A stretch of 64,000 nucleotides of DNA from NCBI GenBank assembly GCA_030390025.1, contig CM059438.1, positions 55,554,001 through 55,618,000 of the forward strand. The letters are read 5' to 3'. Below, piece by piece: positions 8,471 through 20,886 of this stretch. Position 1 is the stretch's first letter, and every line of letters starts with the position of its first letter. The position numbers and the translations under genes were made by a program. The stretch comes from Squalus acanthias (Eukaryota). The notes under the pieces were generated by a model that was not told the origin of the DNA, searched no databases, and saw nothing but the letters and a program-made list of their open reading frames with translations.

Positions 8471-11400
8471 AGTGAGAGTCAAAGCCTGTAATACCTATGC
8501 TCCAGTGAGAGTCAGTGTCTGTGGAACTCGTACCCCAGTGAGAGTCAGTGTCTGCGGAATTCGTACCACAGTGAGAGTCAGTGTGTATGGAACCCATACC
8601 CCAGTGAGAGTCAGTGCCTGTGGAACTGTACCCCAGTGAGAGTCAGTGTCTGTGGAACCCATACCCCAGTGAGAGTCAGTGCCTGTGGATCCCATACCCC
8701 AGTGAGATTCAGTGCCTGTGGAACCTGTACCCCAGTGAGAGTCAGTGCCTGTGGAGCCTGTACCCCAGTGAGAGTCAGTGCCTGTGGAGCCTGTACCCCA
8801 GTGAGAGTCAGTGCCTGTGGAGCCTGTACCCCAGTGAGTGTCAGGATCTGTGGATCCATTCCCCAGTGAGAGTCAGTGTCTGTGGAACCCGTACCCCAGT
8901 GAGAGTCAATTCCCCTGGTCCTGTACCCTTAGTGAGTGTCAGTGCCAATGGAACCCGTACCCCAGTGAACGTCGGTGCACATAGAAACTTTAGCACAGTG
9001 AGAGTCAGTACACCTGGACCTGTACCCTAGTGAGAGACACTGTCCATGGAGCCTATATCCAGGGAGGATCAGTGCGTTTGGAGCCTGTAACCCAGTGAGA
9101 GTCAGTGCCCATGGAACTCGTACCCCAGGGAGAGTCAGTGTCTGTGGAACCCATACACCAGTGAGAGTCAGTGCCTGTGAAACCCGTTCCCCAGTGAGTG
9201 TCAGTGTCTGTGGAGCCCATACCCCAGTGAGAGTCAGTGCCTGTGAAACCCGTTCCCCAGTGAGACTCAGTGTCTGTGGAACCCATACCCGAGTGAGAGT
9301 CAGTGCCTGTGGAACCTGTAACCCAGTGAGAGTCAGTGCCCATGGAACTCGTACCCCAGGGAGAGTCAGTGCCCGAGGAACCCATACACCAGTGAGAGTC
9401 AGTGTCTGTGAAACCCATACCCCAGTGAGAATCAGTGTCTGTGGAACCCATACCCCAGTGAGAGTCAGTGCCCATGGAACTCGTACCCTAGTGACAGTCA
9501 GTGTCTGTGGAACCCGTACCCCAGTGAGAGTCAGTGTGTGTGGGACCCATACCCCAGTGACAGTCAGTGCCTGTGAAACCCGTACCCCAGTGAGAGTCAG
9601 TGCTCATGGAACTCGTACCCTCGTGAGAGTCAGTGTCTTTGGAACCCATACCCCAGTGAGAGTCAGTGTCTGTCGAAACCATACCCCAGTGAGAGTCAGT
9701 GTCTGTGGAACCCATACCCCAGTGAGAGTCAGTGCCCATGGAACTCGTACCCCAGTGAGAGACAGTGCCCAAGGACCCGTACCCCAGTTACAGTCGCTGC
9801 CCAAGGAGCCATACCCCAGTGACAGTCCCTGCCCAAGGACCCGTACCCCAGTGACAGTCCCTGCAAAAGGACCCGTACCCCAGTGAGAGTCACTGCCCAA
9901 GGACCCGTACCCCAGTGACAGTCCCTGCACAAGCACCCATACCCCAGTGACAGTCCCTGCCCAAGGACCCGTACCCCAGTGACAGTCCCTGCCCAAGGAC
10001 CCGTACCCCAGTGACAGTCACTGCCCAAGGACCCGTACCCCAGTGAGAGTCAGTGCCTGTAATACCTATACTCCATTGAGAGTCAGTGTGTGTGGAACCT
10101 GTACCCCAGTGAGAGTCAGTGTCAGTGGAACCTGTACCCCAGTGAGAGTCAGTTTCTGTGGAACTCATACACCAGGGAGAGACAGTGTCTGTGGAACCCG
10201 TACCCCAGTGACAGTCCCTGCCCAAGGACCCGTACTCCATTGAGAGACAGTGCCCAAGGACCCGTACCCCGGTCACAGTCCCTGCCCAAAGACCCGTACT
10301 CCAGTGAGGGACAGTGCCCAAGGAGCCATACTCCAGTGACAGTCCCTGCCCAAGGACCCGTACCACAGTGACAGTCCCTGCCCAAGGACCCATACCCCAG
10401 TGACAGTCCCTGCCCAAGGACCCGTACCCCAGTGACAGTCCCTGCCCAAGGACCCGTACCCCAGTGACAGTCCCTGCCCAAGTACCCGTACACCAGTGAC
10501 AGTCCCTGCCCAAGGACCCGTACCCCAGTGACAGTCCCTGCCCAAGGACCCGTACCCCAGTGACAGTCCCTGCCCAAGGACCCGTACCCCAGTGGCAGTC
10601 CCTGCCCAAGGACCCGTACCCCAGTGACAATCCCTGCCCAAGCACCCGTACCCCAGTGACAGTCCCTGCCCAAGGACCCGTACCCCAGTGACAGTCACTG
10701 CCCAAGGACCCGTACCCCAGTGACAGTCCCTGCCCAAGGAGCCGTACCCAAGTGACAGTCACTGCCCAAGGACCCGTACCCCAGTGAGAGTCAAAGCCTG
10801 TAATACCTATACTCCAGTGAGAGTCAGTGTCTGTGGAACTCGTACCCCAGTGAGAGTCAGTGTCTGCGGAATTCGTACCACAGTGAGAGTCAGTGTGTAT
10901 GGAACCCATACCCCAGTGAGAGTCAGTGCCTGTGGAACTGTACCCCAGTGAGAGTCAGTGTCTGTGGAACCCATACCCCAGTGAGAGTCAGTGCCTGTGG
11001 ATCCCATACCCCAGTGAGATTCAGTGCCTGTGGAACCTGTACCCCAGTGAGAGTCAGTGCCTGTGGAGCCTGTACCCCAGTGAGAGTCAATGCCTGTGGA
11101 GCCTGTACCCCAGTGAGAGTCAGTGCCTGTGGAGCCTGTACCCCAGTGAGTGTCAGGATCTGTGGATCCATTCCCCAGTGAGAGTCAGTGTCTGTGGAAC
11201 CCGTACCCCAGTGAGAGTCAATTCCCCTGGTCCTGTACCCTTAGTGAGTGTCAGTGCCAATGGAACCCGTACCCCAGTGAGCGTCGGTGCACATAGAAAC
11301 TTTAGCACAGTGAGAGTCAGTACACCTGGACCTGTACCCTAGTGAGAGACACTGTCCATGGAGCCTATATCCAGGGAGGATCAGTGCGTTTGGAGCCTGT

Positions 11401-11677
11401 AAACCAGTGAGAGTCAGTGCCCATGGAACTCGTACCCCAGGGAGAGTCAGTGTCTGTGGAACCCATACACCAGTGAGAGTCAGTGCCTGTGAAACCCGTT
11501 CCCCAGTGAGTGTCAGTGTCTGTGGAGCCCATACCCCAGTGAGAGTCAGTGCCTGTGAAACCCGTTCCCCAGTGAGACTCAGTGTCTGTGGAACCCATAC
11601 CCGAGTGAGAGTCAGTGCCTGTGGAACCTGTAACCCAGTGAGAGTCAGTGCCCATGGAACTCGTACCCCAGGGAGAG
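7930..11677 (+). repeat. Higher-order duplication with ~2,312-bp offset (~7.9-9.4 kb vs ~10.2-11.7 kb)
   Basis: Unique diverged monomers (cacatagaaactttagcacag; agagtcagtacacctggacc at 9001 and 11313) and paired ORFs 8495/10807 and 8611/10923. Confidence 0.9.
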
Positions 11678-14600
11678 TCAGTGTCTGTGGAACCCATACA
11701 CCAGTGAGAGTCAGTGCCTGTGAAACCCGTTCCCCAGTGAGTGTCAGTGTCTGTGAAACCCATACCCCAGTGAGAATCAGTGTCTGTGGAACCCATACCC
11801 CAGTGAGAGTCAGTGCCCGTGGAACTCGTACCCCAGTGACAGTCAGTGTCTGTGGAACCCGTACCCCAGTGAGAGTCAGTGTGTGTGGGACCCATACCCC
11901 AGTGACAGTCAGTGCCTGTGAAACCCGTACCCCAGTGAGAGTCAGTGCCCATGGAACTCGTACCCTAGTGACAGTCAGTGTCTGTGGAACACTTACCCCA
12001 GTGAGAGTCAGTGTGTGTGGGACTCATACCCCAGTGAGAGTCAGTGTCTGTGGAACCCATACCCCAGTGAGAGTCAGTGTCTGTGGGACCCGTACTCCAG
12101 TGAGAGTCAGTGTCTGTGGGACCCGTACCCCAGTGAGAGTCAATCTCTGTGGAACCCGTACCCCAGTGAGAATCAGTGTGTGTGGGACCCATACCCAAGT
12201 GAGAGTCAGTGTCTGTGGAACTGTACCCCAGTGAGAGTCAATGCCCATGGAACTCGTACCCGAGTGACAGTCAGTGTCTGTGGAACCCATACCCCAGTGA
12301 CAGTCAGTGCCTGTGAAACCCGTACCCAAGTGAGAGTCAGTGCCCCCGGAACTCGTACCCTAGTGAGAGTCAGTGTCTGTGAAACCCATACCCCAGTGAG
12401 AGTCAGTGTGTGTGGGACTCATACCCCAGTGAGAGTCAGTGTCTGTGAAACCCATACCCCAGTGAGAATCAGTGTCTGTGGTACTCATACCCCAGTGAGA
12501 GTCAGTGCCTGTGAAACCAGTTCCCCAATGAGAGTCAGTGCCCATGGAACTCGTACCCTAGTGACAGTCAGTGTCTGTGGAATACGTACCCCAGTGAGAG
12601 TCAGTGTGTGGGGACCCATACCCCAGTGACAGTCAGTGCCTGTGAAAACCGTTCCCCAGTGAGAGTCAGTGCCCATGGAACTCGTACCCCAGTGAGAGTC
12701 AGTGTCTGTGGAAACCATACCCCAGTGAGAGTCAGTGTGTGTGGGACTCATACCCCAGTGAGAGTCAGTGTCTGTGGAACCCATACCCCAGTGAGAGTCA
12801 GTGTCTGTGGGACCCGTACCGCAGGTGACAGTCAGTGCCTGTGAAACCCGTACCCCAGTGAGAGTCAGTGCTTGTGAAAGCCTTACCCCAGTGAGAGTCA
12901 GTGTCTGTGGGACCCGTACCCCAGAGAGAGTCAGTGTCTGTGGAACTGTACCCCAGTGAGAGTCAGTGTCTGTGGATGTCGTACCCCACTGAGAGTCAGT
13001 GTGTATGGAACCCATACCCCAGTGAGAGTCAGTGCCTGTGGAAACTGTACCCCAGTGAGAGTCAGTGTCTGTGGAACCCATACCCCAGTGAGAGTCAGTG
13101 CCTGTGGAACCCATACCCCAGTGACAGTCCCTGCCGAAGGACCCGTACCCCAGTGACATTCCCTGCCCAAGGAACCGTACCCCAGTGACAGTCCCTGCCC
13201 AAGGACCCGTACCCCAGTGACAGTCCCTGCCCAAGGGCCCGGAACCCAGTGACAGCCCCTGCCCAAGGACCCGCACCCCAGTGACATTCTCTGCCCAAGG
13301 GCCCGTACCCCAGTGAGAGTCAAAGCCTGTAATACCCATACCCCAGTGAGAGTCAGTGTCTGTGGAACTCGTACCCGAGTGAGAGTCAGTGTTTGTGGAA
13401 CCTGTACCACAGTGAGAGTCAGTGTCTGTGGAACCCATACCCCAGTGAGAGTCAGTGTCTGTCGAACCCATACCCCAGTGAGAGTCAGTGTCTGTGGAAC
13501 CCATACCCCAGTGAGAGTCAGTGCCCATGGAACTCGTACCCTAGTGAGAGTCAGTGTCTGTGGAACCCATACCCCAGTGAGAATCAGTGTCTGTCGAACC
13601 CATACCCCAGTGAGAGTCAGTGCCCATGGAACTCGTACCCCAGGGAGAGTCAGTGCCCGAGGAATCCATACACCAGTGAGAGTCAGTGCCCATGGAACTC
13701 GTAACCTAGTGAGAGTCAGTGTCTGTGGAACCCGTACCCCAGTGAGAGTCAGTGTCTGTGGAACCCATACCCCAGGGAGAGTCAGTGTCTGTGGGACCCG
13801 TACCCCAGTGAGAGTCAGTGCCCCCGGAACTCGTACCCTAGTGAGAGTCAGTGTCTGTGAAACCCATACCCCAGTGAGAGTCAGTGTCTGTGGAACCCGT
13901 ACCCCAGTGATAGTCAGTGCCTGTGAAAACCATATCCCAGTGACAGTCAGTGCCTGTGAAACCAGTTCCCCAGTGAGAGTCAGTGCCCCTGGAACTCGTA
14001 CCCTAGTGAGAGTCAGTGTCTGTGGAACCCGTACCCCAGTGAGAGTCAGTGTCTGTGAAACCCGTACCCCAGTGAGAGTCAGTGTCTGTGGAACCCATAC
14101 CCCAGTGACAGTCAGTGTCTGTGAAACCCGTTACCCAGTGAGAGTCAGTGTCTGTGGAAACCATACCGCAGTGAGAGTCAGTGCCCATGGAACCCGTACC
14201 CCAGTGAGAGTCAGTGCCTGTGAAAGCCTTACCCCAGTGAGAGTCAGTGTCTGTGGGACCCGTACCCCAGTGAGAGTCAGTACACCTGGACCTGTACCCT
14301 AGTGAGAGACACTGTCCATGGAGCCTGTATCCAGGGAGGATCAGTGCGTTTGGAGCCTGTAACCCAGTGACAGTCAGTGCCCATGGAACTCGTACCCCAG
14401 GGAGAGTCAGTGTCTGTGGAACCCATACACCAGTGAGAGTCAGTGCCTGTGAAACCCGTTCCCCAGTGAGAGTCAGTGTCTGTGGAACCCATACCCGAGT
14501 GAGAGTCAGTGCCTGTGGAACCTGTAACCCAGTGAGAGTCAGTGCCCATGGAACTCGTACCCCAGGGAGAGTCAGTGCCCGAGGAACCCATACACCAGTG

Positions 14601-17364
14601 AGAGTCAGTGTCTGTGAAACCCATACCCCAGTGAGAATCAGTGTCTGTGGAACCCATACCCCAGTGAGAGTCAGTGCCCATGGAACTCGTACCCCAGTGA
14701 GAGTCAGTTTGTGTGGGACTCATACCCCAGTGAGAGTCAGTGTCTGTGGAACCCATACCCCAGTGAGAGTCAGTGTCTGTGGACCCGTACCCCAGTGAGA
14801 GTCAGTGCCAGTGGACCCGTACCCCAGTGAGAGTCAGTGTCTGTGGAACCCGTACCCCAGTGAGAGTCAGTGTCTGTCGGACCCATACCCCAGTGAGAGT
14901 CAGTGTCCCCGGAACTCGTACCCGAGTGAGAGTCAGTGTCTGTGAAACCCATACCCCAGTGAGAATCAGTGTCTGTGGGACTCATACCCCAGTGAGAGTC
15001 AGTGCCTGTGACACCACTTCCCCAATGAGAATCAGTGCCCATGGAACTCGTACCCTAGTGACAGTCAGTGTCTGTGGAATACGTATCCCAGTGAGAGTCA
15101 GTGTGTGTGGGACCCATACCCCAGTGACAGTCAGTGCCTGTGAAACCCGTTCCCCAGTGAGAGTCAGTGCCCATGGAACTCGTACCCCAGTGAGAGTCAG
15201 TGTCTGTGGAACCCATACCCCAGTGAGAGTCAGTGTCTGTCGAACCCATACCCCAGTGAGAGTCAGTGTCTGTGGAACCCATACCCCAGTGAGAGTCAGT
15301 GCCCATGGAACTCGTACCCTCGTGAGAGTCAGTGTCTGTGGAACCCATACCCCAGTGAGAGTCAGTGTCTGTCGAACCCATACCCCAGTGAGAGTCAGTG
15401 CCCATGGAACTCGTACCCTCGTGAGAGTCAGTGTCTGTGGAACCCATACCCCAGTGAGAGTCAGTGTCTGTCGAACCCATACCCCAGTGAGAGTCAGTGT
15501 CTGTGGAACCCATACCCCAGTGAGAATCAGTGTCTGTGGGACTCATACCGCAGTGAGAGTCAGTGCCCATGGAACTCGTACCCCAGGGAGAGTCAGTGCC
15601 CGAGGAATCCATACACCAGTGAGAGTCAGTGCCCATGGAACTCGTACCCTAGTGACAGTCAGTGTCTGTGGAACAAGTACCCAAGTGAGAGTCAGTGTGT
15701 GTGGGACTCATACCCAAGTGAGAGTCAGTGTCTGTGGGACCCGTACCCCAGTGAGAGTCAGTGTCTGTGGGACCCGTACCCCAGTGAGAGTCAATCTCTG
15801 TGGAACCCGTACCCCAGTGAGAATCAGTGTGTGTGGGACCCATACCCAAGTGAGAGTCAGTGTCTGTGGAACTGTACCCCAGTGAGAGTCAATGCCCATG
15901 GAACTCGTATCCGAGTGACAGTCAGTGTCTGTGGAGCCCGTACCCCAGTGACAGTCAGTGCCTGTGAAACCCGTACCCAAGTGAGAGTCAGTTCCCCCGG
16001 AACTCGTACCCTAGTGAGAGTCAGTGTCTGTGAAACCCATACCCCAGTGAGAATCAGTGTCTGTGGGACTCATACCCCAGTGAGAGTCAGTGCCTGTGAA
16101 ACCACTTCCCCAATGAGAGTCAGTGCCCATGGAACTCGTACCCTAGTGACAGTCAGTGTCTGTGGAATACGTACCCCAGTGAGAGTCAGTGTGTGTGGGT
16201 CCCATACCCCAGTGACAGTCAGTGCCTGTGAAACCCGTTCCCCAGTGAGAGTCAGTGCCCATGGAACTCGTACCCCAGTGAGAGTCAGTGTCTGTGGAAA
16301 CCATACCCCAGTGAGAGTCAGTGTGTGTGGGACTCATACCCCAGTGAGAGTCAGTGTCTGTGGAACCCATACCCCAGTGAGAGTCAGTGTCTGTGGAACC
16401 CATACCCCAGTGAGAGTCAGTGTCTGTCGAACCCATACCCCAGTGAGAGTCAGTGTCTGTGGAACCCATACTCCAGTGAGAGTCAGTGCCCATGGAACTC
16501 GTACCCCAGGGAGAGTCAGTGCCCGAGGAATCCATACACCAGTGAGAGTCAGTGCCCATGAAACTCGTAACCTAGTGAGAGTCAGTGTCTGTGAAACCCA
16601 TACCCCAGTGAGAGTCAGTGTCTGTGGAACCCGTACCCCAGTGACAGTCAGTGCCTGTGAAACCCATACCCCAGTGACAGCCAGTGCCTGTGAAACCTGT
16701 TCCCCAGTGAGAGTCAGTGCCCCTGGAACTCGTACCCTAGTGAGAGTAAGTGTCTGTGGAACCCGTACCCCAGTGAGAGTCAGTGTCTGTGAAACCCATA
16801 CCCCAGTGAGAATCAGTGTCTGTGGAACCCATACCCCAGTGAGAGTCAGTGCCCCTGGAACTCGTACCCTAGTGACAGTCAGTGTCTGTGGAACCCGTAC
16901 CCCAGTGAGAGTCAGTTTCTGTGGAACCCATACCCCAGTGAGAGTCAGTGCCTGTGAAAGCCTTACCCCAGTGAGAGTCAGTGTCTGTGGGACCCGTACC
17001 CCAGTGAGAGTCAGTGCCCATGGAACTCGTACCCGAGTGACAGTCAGTGTCTGTGGAACCGGTACCCCAATGACAGTCAGTGCCTGTGAAACCCGTACCC
17101 AAGTGAGAGTCAGTGCCCCCGGAACTCGTACCCTAGTGAGAGTCAGTGTCTGTGAAACCCATACCCCAGTGAGAATCAGTGTCTGTGGGACTCATACCGC
17201 AGTGAGAGTCAGTGCCCATGGAACTCGTACCCCAGGGAGAGTCAGTGTGTGTGGGACTCATACCCCAGTGAGAGTCATTGTCTGTGAATCCCATACCCCA
17301 GTGAGAATCAGTGTCTGTGGGACTCATACCCCAGTGAGAGTCAGTGCCTGTGAAACCAGTTCCC

Positions 17365-20300
17365 CAGTGAGAGTCAGTGCCCATGGAACTCGTACCCCAG
17401 TGAGAGTCAGTGTCTGTGGAATACGTACCCCAGTGAGAGTCAGTGTGTGTGGGACCCATACCCCAGTGACAGTCAGTGCCTGTGAAACCCGTTCCCCAGT
17501 GAGAGTCAGTGCCCATGGAACTCGTACCCCAGTGAGAGTCAGTGTCTGTGGAAACCATACCCCAGTGAGAGTCAGTGTGTGTGGGACTCATACCCCAGTG
17601 AGAGTCAGTGTCTGTGGAACCCATACCCCAGTGAGAGTCAGTGCCTGTGAAACCCGTACCCCAGTGAGAGTCAGTGCCTGTGAAAGCCTTACCCCAGTGA
17701 GAGTCAGTGTCTGTGGGACCCGTACCCCAGAGAGAGTCAGTGTGTGTGGGACCCGTACCCCAGTGAGAGTCAGTGTCTGTGGAACTGTACCCCAGTGAGA
17801 GTCAGTGTCTGTGGAAGTCGTACCCCATTGAGAGTCAGTGTGTATGGAACCCATACCCCAGTGAGAGTCAGTGCCTGTGGAACCTGTACCCCAGTGAGAG
17901 TCAGTGTCTGTGGAACCCATACCCCAGTGAGAGTCAGTGCCTGTGGAACCCATACCCCAGTGACAGACCCTGCCGAAGGAACCGTACCCCAGTGACAGTC
18001 CCTGCCCAAGGACCCGTACCCCTGTGACAGCCCCTGCCCAAGGACCCGTACCGCAGTGACAGTCCCTGCCCAAGGACCTGTACCCCAGTGACAGTCCCTG
18101 CCCAAGGGCCCGTACCCCAGTGACAGCCCCTGCCCAAGGACCCGTACCCCAGTGACAGTCACTGCCCAAGGGCCCGTACCCCAGTGAGAGTCAAAGCCTG
18201 AAATGCCCATACCCCAGTGAACGTCAGTGTCTGTGGAACTCGTACCCCAGTGAGAGTCAGTGTCTATGGAACTTGTACCCCAGTGAGTGTCAGTGCCTGT
18301 GAAACCCGTTCCCCAGTGAGAGTCAGTGTCTGTGGAACCCATACCCCAGTGAGAGTCAGTGCCTGTGAAACCCGTTCCCCAGTGAGAGTCAGTGTCTGTG
18401 GAACCCATACCGCAGTGAGAGTCAGTGTCTGTGGAACTCGTTCCCCAGTGAGAGTCAGTGCCTGTGAAACCCGTTCCCCAGTGAGAGTCAGTGTCTGTGG
18501 AACCCATACCCCAGTGAGAGTCAGTGTCTGTGGAACTCGTACCCCAGTGATAGTCAGTGCCTGTGGAACCTGTACCCGAGTGAGAGTCAGTGCCTGTGGA
18601 ACCCGTACCCCAGTGAAAGTCCCTGCCCAAGAACCCGTACCCCAGTGACAGACCCTGCCCAAGGACCCGTACCCCAGTGACAGTCCCTGCCCAAGGAACC
18701 ATACCCCAGCGACAGTCCCTGCCCAAGGACCGTACCCCAGTGACAGCCCCTGCCCAAGGACCCGTACTCCAGTGACAGTCCCTGCCCAAGGACCCATACC
18801 CCAGCGACAGTCCCTGCCCAAGGACCCGTACCCCAGTGACAGTCACTGCCCTAGGGCCCGTACCCAAGTGAGAGACAGTGCCCAAGGACCCGTACCCCAG
18901 TGAGAGACAGTGCCCAAGCACCCGTACCCCAGTGACAGTCCCGGCCCAAGGACCCATACCCCAGTGACAGTCACTGCCCAAGGGCCCGTACCCCAGTGAG
19001 AGTCAAAACCTGTAATACCTATACTCCAGTGAGAATCAGTGTCTGTGGAACTCGTAACCCAGTGAGAGTCAGTGTCTGCGGAATTCGTACCCCAGTGAGA
19101 GTCAGTGCCTGTGAAACCCGTACCCCAGTGAGAGTCAGTGCCCATGGAACTCGTACCCCAGTGAGAGTCAGTGTCTGTGGAATACGTACCCCAGTGAGAG
19201 TCAGTGTGTGTGGGACCCATACCCCAGTGACAGTCAGTGCCTGTGAAACCCGTTCCCCAGTGAGAGTCAGTGCCCATGGAACTCGTACCCCAGTGAGAGT
19301 CAGTGTCTGTGGAAACCATACCCCAGTGAGAGTCAGTGTGTGTGGGACTCATACCCCAGTGAGAGTCAGTGTCTGTGGAACCCATACCCCAGTGAGAGTC
19401 AGTGCCTGTGAAACCCGTACCCCAGTGAGAGTCAGTGCCTGTGAAAGCCTTACCCCAGTGAGAGTCAGTGTCTGTGGGACCCGTACCCCAGAGAGAGTCA
19501 GTGTGTGTGGGACCCGTACCCCAGTGAGATTCAGTGTCTGTGGAACTGTACCCCAGTGAGAGTCAGTGTCTGTGGAAGTCGTACCCCATTGAGAGTCAGT
19601 GTGTATGGAACCCATACCCCAGTGAGAGTCAGTGCCTGTGGAACCTGTACCCCAGTGAGAGTCAGTGTCTGTGGAACCCATACCCCAGTGAGAGTCAGTG
19701 CCTGTGGAACCCATACCCCAGTGACAGACCCTGCCGAAGGAACCGTACCCCAGTGACAGTCCCTGCCCAAGGACCCGTACCCCTGTGACAGCCCCTGCCC
19801 AAGGACCCGTACCGCAGTGACAGTCCCTGCCCAAGGACCTGTACCCCAGTGACAGTCCCTGCCCAAGGGCCCGTACCCCAGTGACAGCCCCTGCCCAAGG
19901 ACCCGTACCCCAGTGACAGTCACTGCCCAAGGGCCCGTACCCCAGTGAGAGTCAAAGCCTGTAATGCCCATACCCCAGTGAAAGTCAGTGTCTGTGGAAC
20001 TCGTACCCCAGTGAGAGTCAGTGTCTATGGAACTTGTACCCCAGTGAGTGTCAGTGCCTGTGAAACCCGTTCCCCAGTGAGAGTCAGTGTCTGTGGAACC
20101 CATACCCCAGTGAGAGTCAGTGCCTGTGAAACCCGTTCCCCAGTGAGAGTCAGTGTCTGTGGAACCCATACCGCAGTGAGAGTCAGTGTCTGTGGAACTC
20201 GTTCCCCAGTGAGAGTCAGTGCCTGTGAAACCCGTTCCCCAGTGAGAGTCAGTGTCTGTGGAACCCATACGCCAGTGAGAGTCAGTGTCTGTGGAACTCG

Positions 20301-20886
20301 TACCCCAGTGATAGTCAGTGCCTGTGGAACCTGTACCCGAGTGAGAGTCAGTGCCTGTGGAACCCGTACCCCAGTGAAAGTCCCTGCCCAAGAACCCGTA
20401 CCCCAGTGACAGACCCTGCCCAAGGACCCGTACCCCAGTGACAGTCCCTGCCCAAGGAACCATACCCCAGCGACAGTCCCTGCCCAAGGACCGTACCCCA
20501 GTGACAGCCCCTGCCCAAGGACCCGTACTCCAGTGACAGTCCCTGCCCAAGGACCCATACCCCAGCGACAGTCCCTGCCCAAGGACCCGTACCCCAGTGA
20601 CAGTCACTGCCCTAGGGCCCGTACCCAAGTGAGAGACAGTGCCCAAGGACCCGTACCCCAGTGAGAGACAGTGCCCAAGCACCCGTACCCCAGTGACAGT
20701 CCCGGCCCAAGGACCCATACCCCAGTGACAGTCACTGCCCAAGGGCCCGTACCCCAGTGAGAGTCAAAACCTGTAATACCTATACTCCAGTGAGAATCAG
20801 TGTCTGTGGAACTCGTAACCCAGTGAGAGTCAGTGTCTGCGGAATTCGTACCCCAGTGAGAGTCAGTGCCTGTGAAACCCGTACCC
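17365..20886 (+). repeat. Tandem higher-order duplication, 1,761-bp unit x2
   Basis: Paired near-identical ORFs 17588/19349, 17770/19531, 18264/20025; cccatggaactcgtaccccag...ggaatacg at 17380 and 19141. Confidence 0.9.

Noticed and set aside
13408..13435. RAG 12-RSS-like arrangement: CACAGTG or CCCAGTG plus 12 bp plus TGTG(G/A)AACC
   Set aside because: The consensus heptamer is CCCAGTG, lacking the essential CAC except in rare variants. The nonamer matches ACAAAAACC at only 4-5 of 9 positions, and no V/D/J segments are present.
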